Shown: one piece after another, positions 1-10,400 of the stretch | Position numbering within the stretch: the first letter of the stretch is position 1 | How the letters are laid out: the number at the start of each line of letters is the position of its first letter | Source: an uncultured archaeon | Lineage (GTDB): Archaea; Asgardarchaeota; Thorarchaeia; Thorarchaeales; CAZPUN01 | Direction: 5' to 3' | Assembly: GCA_964589775.1 (NCBI GenBank) | Contig: CAZPUN010000038.1 | Coordinates: 1 to 22,957 of the forward strand | Length of the DNA: 22,957 nt | Program-made: the position numbers and the translations under genes | Notes under the pieces: model-generated | What the model was told of the DNA's origin: nothing | The model's database searches: none | The model's input: the letters and a program-made list of their open reading frames with translations, nothing else

Positions 1-1
1 A

Positions 2-2116
2 TCCAATGAATTAGCAAAAATGCAACCGGCAGAAATATTAATTTCTGAGAAACACCAAAACAATCCAGCGCTAAAGAACAAGATAGCAGAATCTTGCGAT
101 GCGGTTATTACAGTTACTGAAGATTGGCAATTTAATCCGGAAAATGCGGAATATCTTCTGAAAGAGCATTTTAAGATTATTTCACTTGATGCTTTTGGTT
201 TGAAAGAAAAAGACAGTGCAATTGGTGCTGCTGGAGCAGTCATGGCGTATCTAAAAAAGACACAGATGAATTCATTGAGCAACATTATTTCCATAAAATA
301 CTATCATACAGAACAATACATGATATTAGATAACATTTCACAGAGAAATTTGGAACTCGTATTAAATATAATAGATCGAACCCAAAAGCACACATTACTT
401 GATGTGCTTCTCAAGTGCAATACGTCAATGGGTGCAAGATTGCTCAAACAATGGCTTCTACGACCATTAATGGACATTAACGAGATAAAGAAACGTCAAG
501 ATGCTATTGAAGAATTCATGAATAGCACATTCATGCGAATGGACCTACGCGAAATGCTTATGGATATACAAGATATTGAGCGCATTAGCACTCGTATTTT
601 GTTTGGTAGTTGTAATGCGCGAGACCTTTTAGCATTGGGCAAGACATTATCAAAAATACCGAAAATTAAGGAAATATTATCAGAAGCAAAATCAGAACTC
701 AATTTAGAACTCACAAAAGATTTACATGCATTAGATGATATTGCCGAAATGATTTTGAAAGGAATTGTAGATGATCCCCCACTTACAATTAAGGAAGGCG
801 GCATGATTAGAGAAGGCTATTCAAAGGAATTAGATGAAATTAGGAATTCAGCTAAGACCTTCAAAGAATGGATTGCACAATTGCAGGAGAGAGAAAGACG
901 CCGAACGGGAATAAAATCATTAAAGGTACGATATAATAAAGTGTTTGGATACTATATTGAAGTTACAAAGGCAAATCTCCATCTTGTACCTGACGATTAT
1001 ATACGAAAACAAACCACTGTAAATGGAGAACGATACATTACACCTGAACTGAAAGAGAAAGAAGATTCCATACTTTCTGCTGAAGAACGCGCGAAAAGAT
1101 TGGAACTACAGATCTTTGAAGAGATGCGAAGTAAAGTTGTAAGTCGGGCGAAAGAAATCCAAGTTACTGCAAAGGCATTGGCTCAATTAGATGTGCTTGC
1201 ATCTCTCGCAGAAGTTGCCTTACAGAACGACTACCACCGCCCGGTTGTGGATAATTCAGATAAAATAAAAATAATTGATGGCCGCCATCCAGTAGTTGAA
1301 CAGATGATAGATGAACCATTTGTGCCAAACAATACAGAAATGAATACACAAGACAAACGAACATTAATAATAACAGGACCAAATATGGCAGGAAAATCAA
1401 CATACATGAGGCAAGTAGCTCTGATTGTAATAATGGCACAAATGGGCTCATTTGTTCCGGCAGCAGAGGCACATATTGGTCTTGTAGATCGTATTTTCAC
1501 ACGTGTCGGAGCCTATGACTTTCTAACAATGCAACAGTCCACATTTGCTGTTGAAATGACAGAGACGGCAAACATTTTGAATAATGCTACAAGGCGAAGC
1601 TTGATACTTCTGGATGAAGTTGGAAGGGGTACTTCAACTTATGACGGAATGAGCCTTGCATGGGCAATTGCAGAATATATCACTACAAAAATTAAGGCAC
1701 GAACATTGTTCGCAACACATTTTCATCACTTAACAGAATTAGAAAATCAAATTGAAGGAATTGTAAATCTTCACATGCAAGCAAAAGAAACAAAGGATGG
1801 AATTATTCTAATTCGTAAGGTCGTCCCGGGCGGAACAGATAAATCATATGGAATTCAGGTTGCTAAACTTGCGGGTATTCCTGATGAAGTCATAGAGCGC
1901 AGTAAGCAAATATTGATGCAATTAGAAAAGGAGAAAATAGAAGTTTCAGGTGAAATGCCAACTGTTCCGCTTCAGACCACTCTTGAAGGATTAGTGGAAC
2001 CAGATCCCGTTGTGGAACGCATTAAAGATATCGACATAAACAGAATGACCCCAATAGATGCATTATTATTTCTGAAAGAACTAAAGGATATGATAGAGGA
2101 AAGAGAGAAAAAATAG
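2..2116 (+). CDS. mutS: DNA mismatch repair protein MutS (MutS1 type), 5'-truncated by the window edge
   Basis: The frame is open from position 2 ([13 protein letters not shown], connector domain), so ATG20 is internal. Motifs: [11 protein letters not shown] (clamp), GRHPVVE, Walker [19 protein letters not shown], Walker [29 protein letters not shown] and the C-terminal MTPIDAL. Confidence 0.98.
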   Translation, partial: SNELAKMQPAEILISEKHQNNPALKNKIAESCDAVITVTEDWQFNPENAEYLLKEHFKIISLDAFGLKEKDSAIGAAGAVMAYLKKTQMNSLSNIISIKYYHTEQYMILDNISQRNLELVLNIIDRTQKHTLLDVLLKCNTSMGARLLKQWLLRPLMDINEIKKRQDAIEEFMNSTFMRMDLREMLMDIQDIERISTRILFGSCNARDLLALGKTLSKIPKIKEILSEAKSELNLELTKDLHALDDIAEMILKGIVDDPPLTIKEGGMIREGYSKELDEIRNSAKTFKEWIAQLQERERRRTGIKSLKVRYNKVFGYYIEVTKANLHLVPDDYIRKQTTVNGERYITPELKEKEDSILSAEERAKRLELQIFEEMRSKVVSRAKEIQVTAKALAQLDVLASLAEVALQNDYHRPVVDNSDKIKIIDGRHPVVEQMIDEPFVPNNTEMNTQDKRTLIITGPNMAGKSTYMRQVALIVIMAQMGSFVPAAEAHIGLVDRIFTRVGAYDFLTMQQSTFAVEMTETANILNNATRRSLILLDEVGRGTSTYDGMSLAWAIAEYITTKIKARTLFATHFHHLTELENQIEGIVNLHMQAKETKDGIILIRKVVPGGTDKSYGIQVAKLAGIPDEVIERSKQILMQLEKEKIEVSGEMPTVPLQTTLEGLVEPDPVVERIKDIDINRMTPIDALLFLKELKDMIEEREKK

Positions 2117-2127
2117 AGGTGTTATTC

Positions 2128-3315
2128 GTGGCGAAAAAAATAGCAATTATTGGTGGTACAATCTTACCAATCACAAGTGACCCAATCGAGAATGGGGTCA
2201 TTCTCGTCGAGAATGGCAAGATCGCAAAGATAGGAAAAAATGTAGACATACCAGATAATGCAGAAGTTATAGAAGCGAAGGGAAAATACATACTGCCAGG
2301 CTTTATTGATGCGCATACACATCAAGGGATATGGCAAGATTCAGTCGGTTGGGAAGGCAGAGATTTTAATGAAATGACAGATCCTGCAACACCACATCTG
2401 AGAGCAATTGATGCGATATATCCTGAAGATAGAGGTCTTGCAGATGGCCCAGAAGGTGGAGTTACCGCTATTAATACTGGACCTGGATCTGCAAACGTCA
2501 TAGGTGGTATTTTCGCAGTTATAAAAACACATGGAAAAACAATAGATGACCTTGTAGTAAAGCCAGATGCAGCCTTAAAAGTAGCATTTGGTGAGAATCC
2601 CAAACGCGTATATAACGAACAAAAGAAAGCTCCGACAACTAGAATGGCAGTGGCTGCTGTGTTCAGAGAACAATTTACCGAAGCTAAAAACTACATGGCA
2701 AAGTGGGAACACTACAAAAAACAAATCGAAAAGGGAGAAGATGTAGCACCCCCGGAAATCAATCTGAAAATGGAAACTCTTGTAAAAGTTCTAAAGAAGG
2801 AAATGCCAATCCACGCACACGCACATCGTGCAGATGATATAATTACTGCCATTAGACTTGCAGAGGAATTCGATATTAATATTGCATTAATTCATGCAAC
2901 AGAAGGACATCTAATTCCAGAATATCTCGCAAAGAAAAAAGTACCATGTATTGTCGGACCAAATCTCATAGGTCGCGAAAAGGTTGAACTGAAAAATGTC
3001 ACATTTGATACTCCAGGAGTTTTAGAAAAACACGGAGTGAAAATCGCATTACAGAGTGATACGATTCCACCATTACGATACTTCCAGCTCATACCTTTAC
3101 TAGCAGTGAAATACGGCATGGATGAAAAAGAGGCCTTAAAAGCAGTAACAATTAATCCCGCAGAAATTTTAGGTATTGCAGACCGAATGGGTTCATTAGA
3201 GCCAGGCAAGGATGCCGACATTGTAATTTGGACAGATCATCCATTAGAATTCAAAGCTAGAGTTGAAAAGACGTTCATAAACGGTGAGAAAGTTTTCGAA
3301 TTAAAGAAAGCATAA
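2128..3315 (+). CDS. Metal-dependent amidohydrolase (Amidohydro_1, Met_dep_hydrolase_C-like), substrate unknown
   Basis: Motifs [42 protein letters not shown] and [10 protein letters not shown]. The track's GTG2119 lies inside the SD GAGGTG (2116-2121), so the in-frame GTG2128 is preferred as start. Confidence 0.93.
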   Translation: MAKKIAIIGGTILPITSDPIENGVILVENGKIAKIGKNVDIPDNAEVIEAKGKYILPGFIDAHTHQGIWQDSVGWEGRDFNEMTDPATPHLRAIDAIYPEDRGLADGPEGGVTAINTGPGSANVIGGIFAVIKTHGKTIDDLVVKPDAALKVAFGENPKRVYNEQKKAPTTRMAVAAVFREQFTEAKNYMAKWEHYKKQIEKGEDVAPPEINLKMETLVKVLKKEMPIHAHAHRADDIITAIRLAEEFDINIALIHATEGHLIPEYLAKKKVPCIVGPNLIGREKVELKNVTFDTPGVLEKHGVKIALQSDTIPPLRYFQLIPLLAVKYGMDEKEALKAVTINPAEILGIADRMGSLEPGKDADIVIWTDHPLEFKARVEKTFINGEKVFELKKA

Positions 3316-3320
3316 TCAAA

Positions 3321-3341
3321 TTTCTTTTTTATTTTTATTTT
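3321..3341 (+). terminator. Archaeal U-tract terminator
   Basis: TTTCTTTTTTATTTTTATTTT starts 5 nt after the stop at 3315. Confidence 0.6.
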
Positions 3342-3353
3342 AATCAACAACGT

Positions 3354-3378
3354 CGAAAAGCACTAATATAAATATATA
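3354..3378 (+). promoter_or_regulatory. Putative BRE/TATA promoter for the amidohydrolase-mutL unit
   Basis: CGAAAAG followed by TAATATAAATATA, about 25-30 nt before ATG3397. Confidence 0.5.
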
Positions 3379-3396
3379 CAAGTTCCTTAATAGAAT

Positions 3397-4947
3397 ATGA
3401 AGGACGAGAGAAAAATGTGCAAGCCCACATTAATTTTTACAAATTGCAATATTATAACACTTGAAGATGAGAACTATATCAAAAATGGTCACATTAAAAT
3501 TTTTCAAGATAAAATATGTGAAGTTTCATCGTTGCCCTATGAGGGGAATAAAAGCGATATTGTAATAGATCTTCATGGCGCTACAATATTACCGGGCTTT
3601 ATAGATTCCCACAATCATTTAGCCTCCACGGGGAGAATTCAGTCGTATGTAAATTTAGGAAATACCAAAAATATTGAAGATGCAATTGAACTAATACGAG
3701 AACGCGTAAAAAATACAGAAAAAGGAAAATGGATATATGGATGGAACTGGGATGAAAGTAAATGGGCGGAAAAGCGGTATCTCACGAAAGATGATTTAGA
3801 CGCAATTTCAACGGAACATCCCATATATCTCGTGAGGGTTTGCGGACACTTGGTTTCGGTTAATAGCTTAGCGTTAGAGAAACTTGATCTTGACATGAAC
3901 CATCCGGGTGTTATTAAGAAAGATGGAAAACCAATCGGTGTGCTTAAGGATATAGTTGTAGGATTTGAGGGCGTAGAACATACTGATGAAGATACAATGA
4001 ATGGCATATTAGTAGGATGTCGAATCGCAAACGAACTTGGCATAACAACAAACACGGACAACCTAAGAGATTATCAAATTCGTCCATACATTAGATTGGC
4101 ACGTGAACGAAAACTTACTGTCAGAATGAATATTAATATACCTGTAGAAAAATTCGATTGTGCAAAAGAATTAGGATTAACGTCAGGAATAGGCGGAGAG
4201 TTTCTACGAATAAGTGGCGTGAAAATATTTACGGATGGATCAATCGGTGCAAAAACAGCGGCTATATCATATGATTATATAGATGATCCGAATAATCATG
4301 GGATTTTTACAATCGAAAAGAAAGAATTATTGAGAATATACAAAGAAGCAAACGCTATTGGAATGCAAACAGCGACACATGCAATTGGAGATCGTGCTAT
4401 TGATCTAGTTTTGGATTGCTGGGAAGAGGTTGCTAAAGAACAGAACATTAAACCATTTATGCATAGAATCGAGCATGCAGAAATAATTCGGGATGACCAA
4501 TTAAAACGATGTAAGGAACTTGGTATCGTACTATCCATGCAACCAAATTTCATGGGCGAATGGGGATTCCCTGGAGAAATGTACGACCAGCGACTTGGAC
4601 ATGAAATCACAAAGAAAATGAATCCATTCAGGAAGGTAATAAATTATGGTATAAAGCTATGTTTCGGAAGCGATGGAATGCCACTTGGACCACTATACGG
4701 AATCTGGTCAGCGGTAAATTGTCCATATCAAGATTGCAAAATTTCAGTCCTCGAAGCACTTAAAGCGTATACCATTTGGGGTGCAGAAGTCATTGGGCAG
4801 CAAGATAAAATTGGAACCATCAAGAAAGGAAAACTCGCAGATCTCGTCATACTGGAGGAAAATCCTCTGGAAGTACCCGAAGAACACATAAAAGAGATAA
4901 GGATTCTATATACTGTAGTTGGTGGAAAAATCGTATATCAAAGGTGA
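3397..4947 (+). CDS. YtcJ-like amidohydrolase (Amidohydro_3)
   Basis: Motifs PGFIDSHNH, VKIFTDGSIGAKTA, HAIGDRA, HRIEHA, FGSDG and GTIKKGKLADLVIL. Alternative start ATG3415. Confidence 0.93.
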   Translation: MKDERKMCKPTLIFTNCNIITLEDENYIKNGHIKIFQDKICEVSSLPYEGNKSDIVIDLHGATILPGFIDSHNHLASTGRIQSYVNLGNTKNIEDAIELIRERVKNTEKGKWIYGWNWDESKWAEKRYLTKDDLDAISTEHPIYLVRVCGHLVSVNSLALEKLDLDMNHPGVIKKDGKPIGVLKDIVVGFEGVEHTDEDTMNGILVGCRIANELGITTNTDNLRDYQIRPYIRLARERKLTVRMNINIPVEKFDCAKELGLTSGIGGEFLRISGVKIFTDGSIGAKTAAISYDYIDDPNNHGIFTIEKKELLRIYKEANAIGMQTATHAIGDRAIDLVLDCWEEVAKEQNIKPFMHRIEHAEIIRDDQLKRCKELGIVLSMQPNFMGEWGFPGEMYDQRLGHEITKKMNPFRKVINYGIKLCFGSDGMPLGPLYGIWSAVNCPYQDCKISVLEALKAYTIWGAEVIGQQDKIGTIKKGKLADLVILEENPLEVPEEHIKEIRILYTVVGGKIVYQR

Positions 4948-4953
4948 TTTTTT

Positions 4954-6786
4954 GTGAAAATTAAGCAACTCGACCAAATAACAATCGATAAAATTGCGGC
5001 AGGAGAGGTCATTGAACGACCCGCATCAGTAGTTAAAGAATTAGTAGAAAATTCAATAGATGCGGGAGCAAGTAGTATAATTGTTTCTCTAAAAAAATCC
5101 GGCAAAGAGCTTATTCAAGTTATTGATAATGGAGAGGGAATTGCCTTCGAGGATCTTAAAATTGCAGTTCAGAGGCATACGACATCAAAAATCACAAAAT
5201 TAGAAGACCTATACGAAACAAATAGTTATGGATTTAGAGGCGAGGCACTATCGAGTATTTGTAGTGTTTCCCAAATGGAGCTCAAAAGCCGGCCTAAGGA
5301 GCAAGAAATCGGTGGAAGGCTCGTCTGTGAAGGCGGACAGATAATTGAACTTTATGAAATTGGTATGCCACATGGAACAGAAATCAACGTACGAAACCTA
5401 TTTTATAATGTACCTGCTAGAAAAAAACACTTAGCATCTGATTTTGCGGAACTAGGGCAGATAATTACAATCCTCACAAAATATGCGTTAGTACATCCTG
5501 AGATTAAATTTACACTCGAAAACAACAATAAGAAAATATTTAGCTATCATAAAACATCTACAATTATTGAACGGATCGCACAAGTATTAGATAAAGACAC
5601 TGCCAAATCAATGGTCGAGGTTAATTATGAAGAGGAAAACTTGAAGATTACAGGTGCTACTAGTAAGCCAAGCCATACAAGAGCATCAAGAACTGGAATT
5701 CATATTTTTGTAAATAATAGACCAATTGTATCTGAGCGCATAGCTACTGCAATTGAGGAAGGCTATGGAACGTTATTAATGGTGGGAAGGCATCCTATTA
5801 GTATCATAAACATTGAAATTGATCCGGCAGAAGTAGATGTAAACGTACATCCAACAAAGAAGGAAGTGAGATTCCTAAATGAACGCAAGGTGGCCAATGC
5901 AGTAATTACAGCAATAGCGAATGCATTCAAAAACCTGACGCTAACGCGCGAATATACAGAAATGGTTGAAATGCATGAAATAGTTCCGGAAATCAGCGAC
6001 CAAGGTCAAATTGAAACTGAGGAAAAAGAGGAAGATGAAATCCCGTCTACAGCATCACGAATAAAAATGGAAATTCATGATGAACCTACTGCAATTCAAG
6101 CATCACTTGATATAGGTTATGAAGATAAACAGGAATCTGTAACTCAAGTTCCGGGCGAGCCTATAAAAATTGAAGTCGCAAATGCTATAGGCATATTAGG
6201 TGCCAAACGTGGGATCAAAGTAATAGGGCAAGTAAATCTGAAATATATTATTGCTGCCGATGATGATAACATAATTATTATCGATCAACATGCAGCCCAT
6301 GAACGCATAATGTATGAGAAGATCAAGAACACCTTAAAATCCCGAAAATTACAAACTCAAGAACTATTGTCACCTATTACAATTGAGCTATCTCTTGCAG
6401 ATATAGCACGAGTACAAGAAAACATTCCGTTTCTAAATGAACTCGGATTTGATATTTCCTATTTTGGAGGAAAGACATTTATTGTGAATGCAGTTCCACT
6501 AATATTATCAAGAAACGCAACAGAAAAGGACCTTAAAGACCTTCTAGACGAATTATCTTCATTCAGTCAAAAAACACTCAAGGAAACCTTTGGTGATGAA
6601 TTAATTAAATTAACTGCATGCCATTCGGCTATCAGATGGGGCGATGCTCTCACAAAAGAACAAATGGTTAAACTGATTAACGAACTTGCAGCTGCTGAAA
6701 ATCCATATTCGTGCCCGCATGGACGCCCGACAATACTTGTAGTACCCCTCAAGAAGCTTGAACGACGTTTCGGTAGAATTCAATAA
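4954..6786 (+). CDS. mutL: DNA mismatch repair protein MutL (endonuclease-containing)
   Basis: Motifs KIAAGEVIERPASVVKELVENSIDAGA, DNGEG, GFRGEALSSI, VDVNVHPTKKEVRF, DQHAAHERIMYE, ACH, CPHGRP and FGR. GTG start follows the SD AGGTGA, which contains the upstream stop. Confidence 0.98.
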   Translation: MKIKQLDQITIDKIAAGEVIERPASVVKELVENSIDAGASSIIVSLKKSGKELIQVIDNGEGIAFEDLKIAVQRHTTSKITKLEDLYETNSYGFRGEALSSICSVSQMELKSRPKEQEIGGRLVCEGGQIIELYEIGMPHGTEINVRNLFYNVPARKKHLASDFAELGQIITILTKYALVHPEIKFTLENNNKKIFSYHKTSTIIERIAQVLDKDTAKSMVEVNYEEENLKITGATSKPSHTRASRTGIHIFVNNRPIVSERIATAIEEGYGTLLMVGRHPISIINIEIDPAEVDVNVHPTKKEVRFLNERKVANAVITAIANAFKNLTLTREYTEMVEMHEIVPEISDQGQIETEEKEEDEIPSTASRIKMEIHDEPTAIQASLDIGYEDKQESVTQVPGEPIKIEVANAIGILGAKRGIKVIGQVNLKYIIAADDDNIIIIDQHAAHERIMYEKIKNTLKSRKLQTQELLSPITIELSLADIARVQENIPFLNELGFDISYFGGKTFIVNAVPLILSRNATEKDLKDLLDELSSFSQKTLKETFGDELIKLTACHSAIRWGDALTKEQMVKLINELAAAENPYSCPHGRPTILVVPLKKLERRFGRIQ

Positions 6787-6932
6787 TTTCATTTTTTAAA
6801 GAATTCTTCATCTATTTTTTATCTATCGATTGAGATTATATCGAATTTTATAGTTTATTTAAAAATGAGAACCAAACATTTTTCAGTTTGATTTAAATTA
6901 TATTATATGGGTTTGCGAAAGGAGAGAATAAA

Positions 6933-7349
6933 ATGAATGAACCATACTGGATCGTCCGGGAATATTTGAAAAGATTAGATTTAGAATTCATGGAAAATCC
7001 ACAAGATAAAATAATTAATCTATTTTTGGATGTCAAAGATCGTCGAATAAAAGTTGAAATCCGGTTGAATGAAGGTTGGATAGATATACAGACACAATTG
7101 CACAATACACGCAAGCTCAGTCCAGAAGAACGATTACAAATATATGAGGCAATGTTAAAAGCAAGCGGAAAAACAAAAACTAGTTTTTATCTGGAACGTT
7201 CCAAAGCACTTGTACAAGCCTCTCTACCAGTACAAGGACTGAACTTTGAAATTTTCAAAACCGAAATAGAAACTTACCACAAATGTTTAGAATATTGGAC
7301 TACAAAAATCATACCAAAACTCGGATTAGAAATTATTGCAGCCGAGTAA
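6933..7349 (+). CDS. Hypothetical protein, probable YbjN / type III secretion chaperone-like fold
   Basis: 138 aa with SD AGGAG upstream. The apparent secondary-structure order is alpha-beta-beta-beta-alpha-beta-beta-alpha with a long amphipathic C-terminal helix. The fold call is pattern-based inference. Confidence 0.6.
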   Translation: MNEPYWIVREYLKRLDLEFMENPQDKIINLFLDVKDRRIKVEIRLNEGWIDIQTQLHNTRKLSPEERLQIYEAMLKASGKTKTSFYLERSKALVQASLPVQGLNFEIFKTEIETYHKCLEYWTTKIIPKLGLEIIAAE

Positions 7350-7386
7350 AATTCTAAGTTTTATTTACAAAAAAATAAAGAAACTG

Positions 7387-7406
7387 AAAGGGAAAATTCC
7401 CTTTTT
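7387..7406. terminator. Hairpin with flanking A/T tracts between convergent genes
   Basis: AAAGGGA-AAAT-TCCCTTT (7387-7404). Ts follow on +, and the A-rich 7368-7383 gives a U-tract on -. Confidence 0.6.
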
Positions 7407-7411
7407 ATGCA

Positions 7412-10400
7412 TTAACGTCGTTTCTTGGCGATTATGACAATCAATAAGATCATAGCGGCTCCAATCAATGCTCCACCGATTAGCAAATCAGTTGGAACGT
7501 TTGGAATGTTTGTACCAGTGTTGGTATTAGAACTACTTGATGATGAAGACGATGATGAACTAGTTCCGCTTGCAACTACATATGAGAATGACGGCGAAAT
7601 TTGTTCATTGTTCAATGTGTCTGCAGCATGAATTCTGTATTTGACTTCAGTACCGGCAGGCTGACCTGGAATTGTTCCTTGATATGAATTACCATCCATA
7701 GGCGTCATATCAACGCTAGTCCATGTAAATCCACCATCGGTGCTGTATTCAAGCTTTACCCACTGGACGCCATCGGGGTCATCAACAGTTGCGTAAATAG
7801 TGACTTCTTCATTTGCTGCAGGAGATGGGTTGCTAATGCGAATGTCAGAAATTGTAGGTGCACTTGGATTAGATGTACCGCCACTACCCTGACCACTGGA
7901 ATAACCAACATATGCAGGATCCTGGAAGACTGCGAAACCGTCCCACTTCGGGAAGCCAATTGTTACGTAATACTGGTTTGAACTAACTGTGAAACTTGTG
8001 ACTGAATTACCACCTTCACTTTCATATGTGGCTTCAAATGTACTTACAGGTGTAACCGAGCTGGTCACATTGATTGGAACTGTAGTATTCTTTGCCCAGT
8101 CGTATGTATTACCACCAAGTTTCATTTCTGCAAATACACTATTTCCGGAACCGAATGATAGTGATGGCGCAACAGAATTCTGGTTGTTATCAACTTCTGT
8201 ACCATTCGTGCCAAATACTTGATACGTTTGAGATAACTCTGCTTCAGCATAATATGCAATACCTAAGCTCCGATCGACAAGGACCGCACGACCGCCAAGT
8301 ATATCAACATCAAAGTTTCCAATGTGCTGGTCTACTTTGAGCTCAAACTTGTTGTTTACACTCTGAGTGATATATCCATTGAAGTGTACTAAGAAGGTTA
8401 ATTCGTCGATAACTGCATCAGTCGGACGCTCATCAAATGTAAGCATGTCAGATTCAACCATACCGGAGTACCAGTCCCAATAGCCATAGCCAAATGGGAA
8501 GAACGTTCCAGAGACATTATAGTATGTAATGCCAAATGTCAGTGAATCATTAACATTTAGTGTAAGATGTCCGGTTAGGTTATAGTTGCCATAGGCTTCG
8601 CCAGGTAGCACAAAGGATACTCCATCCACACCATCAGGTATGAAGTAATGAGTCACTTCGGAGTTGGTAAGATTGCACGGGTCAATATCGATTATTCCAT
8701 TGTTATTGGTATCATTGTATATGAATAGACCTGCAAATTCGTATCGCATTTTAATTGCGGTGTATGTATATGTAGTATTTGTAACGGAAGAAGTTCCATA
8801 GGCCTCATCAAAACCGAACCAGATCCAAGACCATGTCTGCCAATCATTGCTTATCCAGTCCCAGCCTCTTTCTTGAGCTTTCTGGACAATATCAGCCCAA
8901 GTCATATTGCGTACATACCAGCCAAGAGTCCAATATCCAGGATTAGGCTCACCACTGGATGACAATATGGTCGAATTAATTTGTGCCATTTCAGTTGCAT
9001 TTACAGGAGTAAAGTCGCTAGCATGGTACCAATAGAATCTGTATTCCCATGAGAATCTCCATGCCTGAGTTGCAAGACCCATAAATGAACGAACATGTAC
9101 TTCGTCGCCTGATACGGTTCCGTTCGGGTTCCACCAGATATCTACAAACAGTGAACTGGTATTGTACTTCCATTCATCAGATGAAGTGTATTCTTGTAGT
9201 ATGTAGTATTGGTCGTTTGTGGTCTTAACATCACCATCGAGGTCTAGAGCACCAGTTTCAGTTGTCTTCCATGCACGGAAGCCCCACATGTCATATTGAG
9301 GATTACCGATAATCAATTCACTTTGCGACTTGATTGTTCTGAAGCCTAATGGCTTAGGACCGTATACATACGCCCAACCATAGATCTTTATCTGAGAGTA
9401 AACGAAATCATATCGCGGAATTAGTAATTCTGTGTAGTTTGCAGCACTTAAGCCATAGATTTGTAAGTAGGTATAACTATCATACATTGGCTTAGCAATT
9501 ACCCAACGGTCATACGCTGAAGTGCTGTTTATGAACTCATAATTGTAAATTCTCATTTCTGGTGCAATTAGCTGACCAATAGATAGATCGCCCTCAAAGT
9601 CATCCACAATAATGTATGGAGTTCCATTAATGACATAGTAATATCGGTTGTAAGTTCCATTTATGTAACTCATTGTAACGTTAAATATCGGATATAGTTC
9701 AACAGTCAATAATACGACAAAAGCCCAATCATCTAGGATTAGTTTTGTTCCATTAATGAGTCGATATTCGTATTTATTAGTGGTATCATTATAATTGAGC
9801 GTATCAGTATAACCATAGTAAACATGACCTAGAATCTTCACTTTATACACTGCAACTGAGGATCCGTAATAGATAGTATATCTTGTACCATTGTAAAGTG
9901 TTATGTACTGACTTCCGTTATCATAGTCGTAAGACCAGCCATGATACGTCGTCAAATTAGTATCTTTTGTAATATCAAGATAACCTCTCACATCAACAGG
10001 CAGCGGACTATTGGGAATATCGTTGTTCATTATGGAAAGTTTGCCATACAGGGCTGTTACACCAATACCATCATCATGTTCTTCTGGACCACTAATACCA
10101 AAATTCACTAGTAATCCATTGTACATTGTGAAGATCGTATGGTTGCAATTTTCAAAGTATCTTAGCCAGCCAAGATATGTTAATTCAACAGTACTATTGT
10201 CAATTTGTATGTAATAGCTTCCATTTGCATTTATTATTGGATAGATTACACCATTGATTTTTATAGACTGAGATGCAGGAACAGCACCGTTATTGTAAAT
10301 GGTTCGATCCAAATCGTCCCAATACAGAGCTTTTGTACCAGGTTCAGGCATCTGATATTCAGTACCATTTACATTCGTGTAGTAGTAATTTACTAGTTGC

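Noticed and set aside
7530-7566. TCA/TCT triplet run
   Set aside because: It encodes the poly-Ser linker of the surface protein and is not an independent repeat element.
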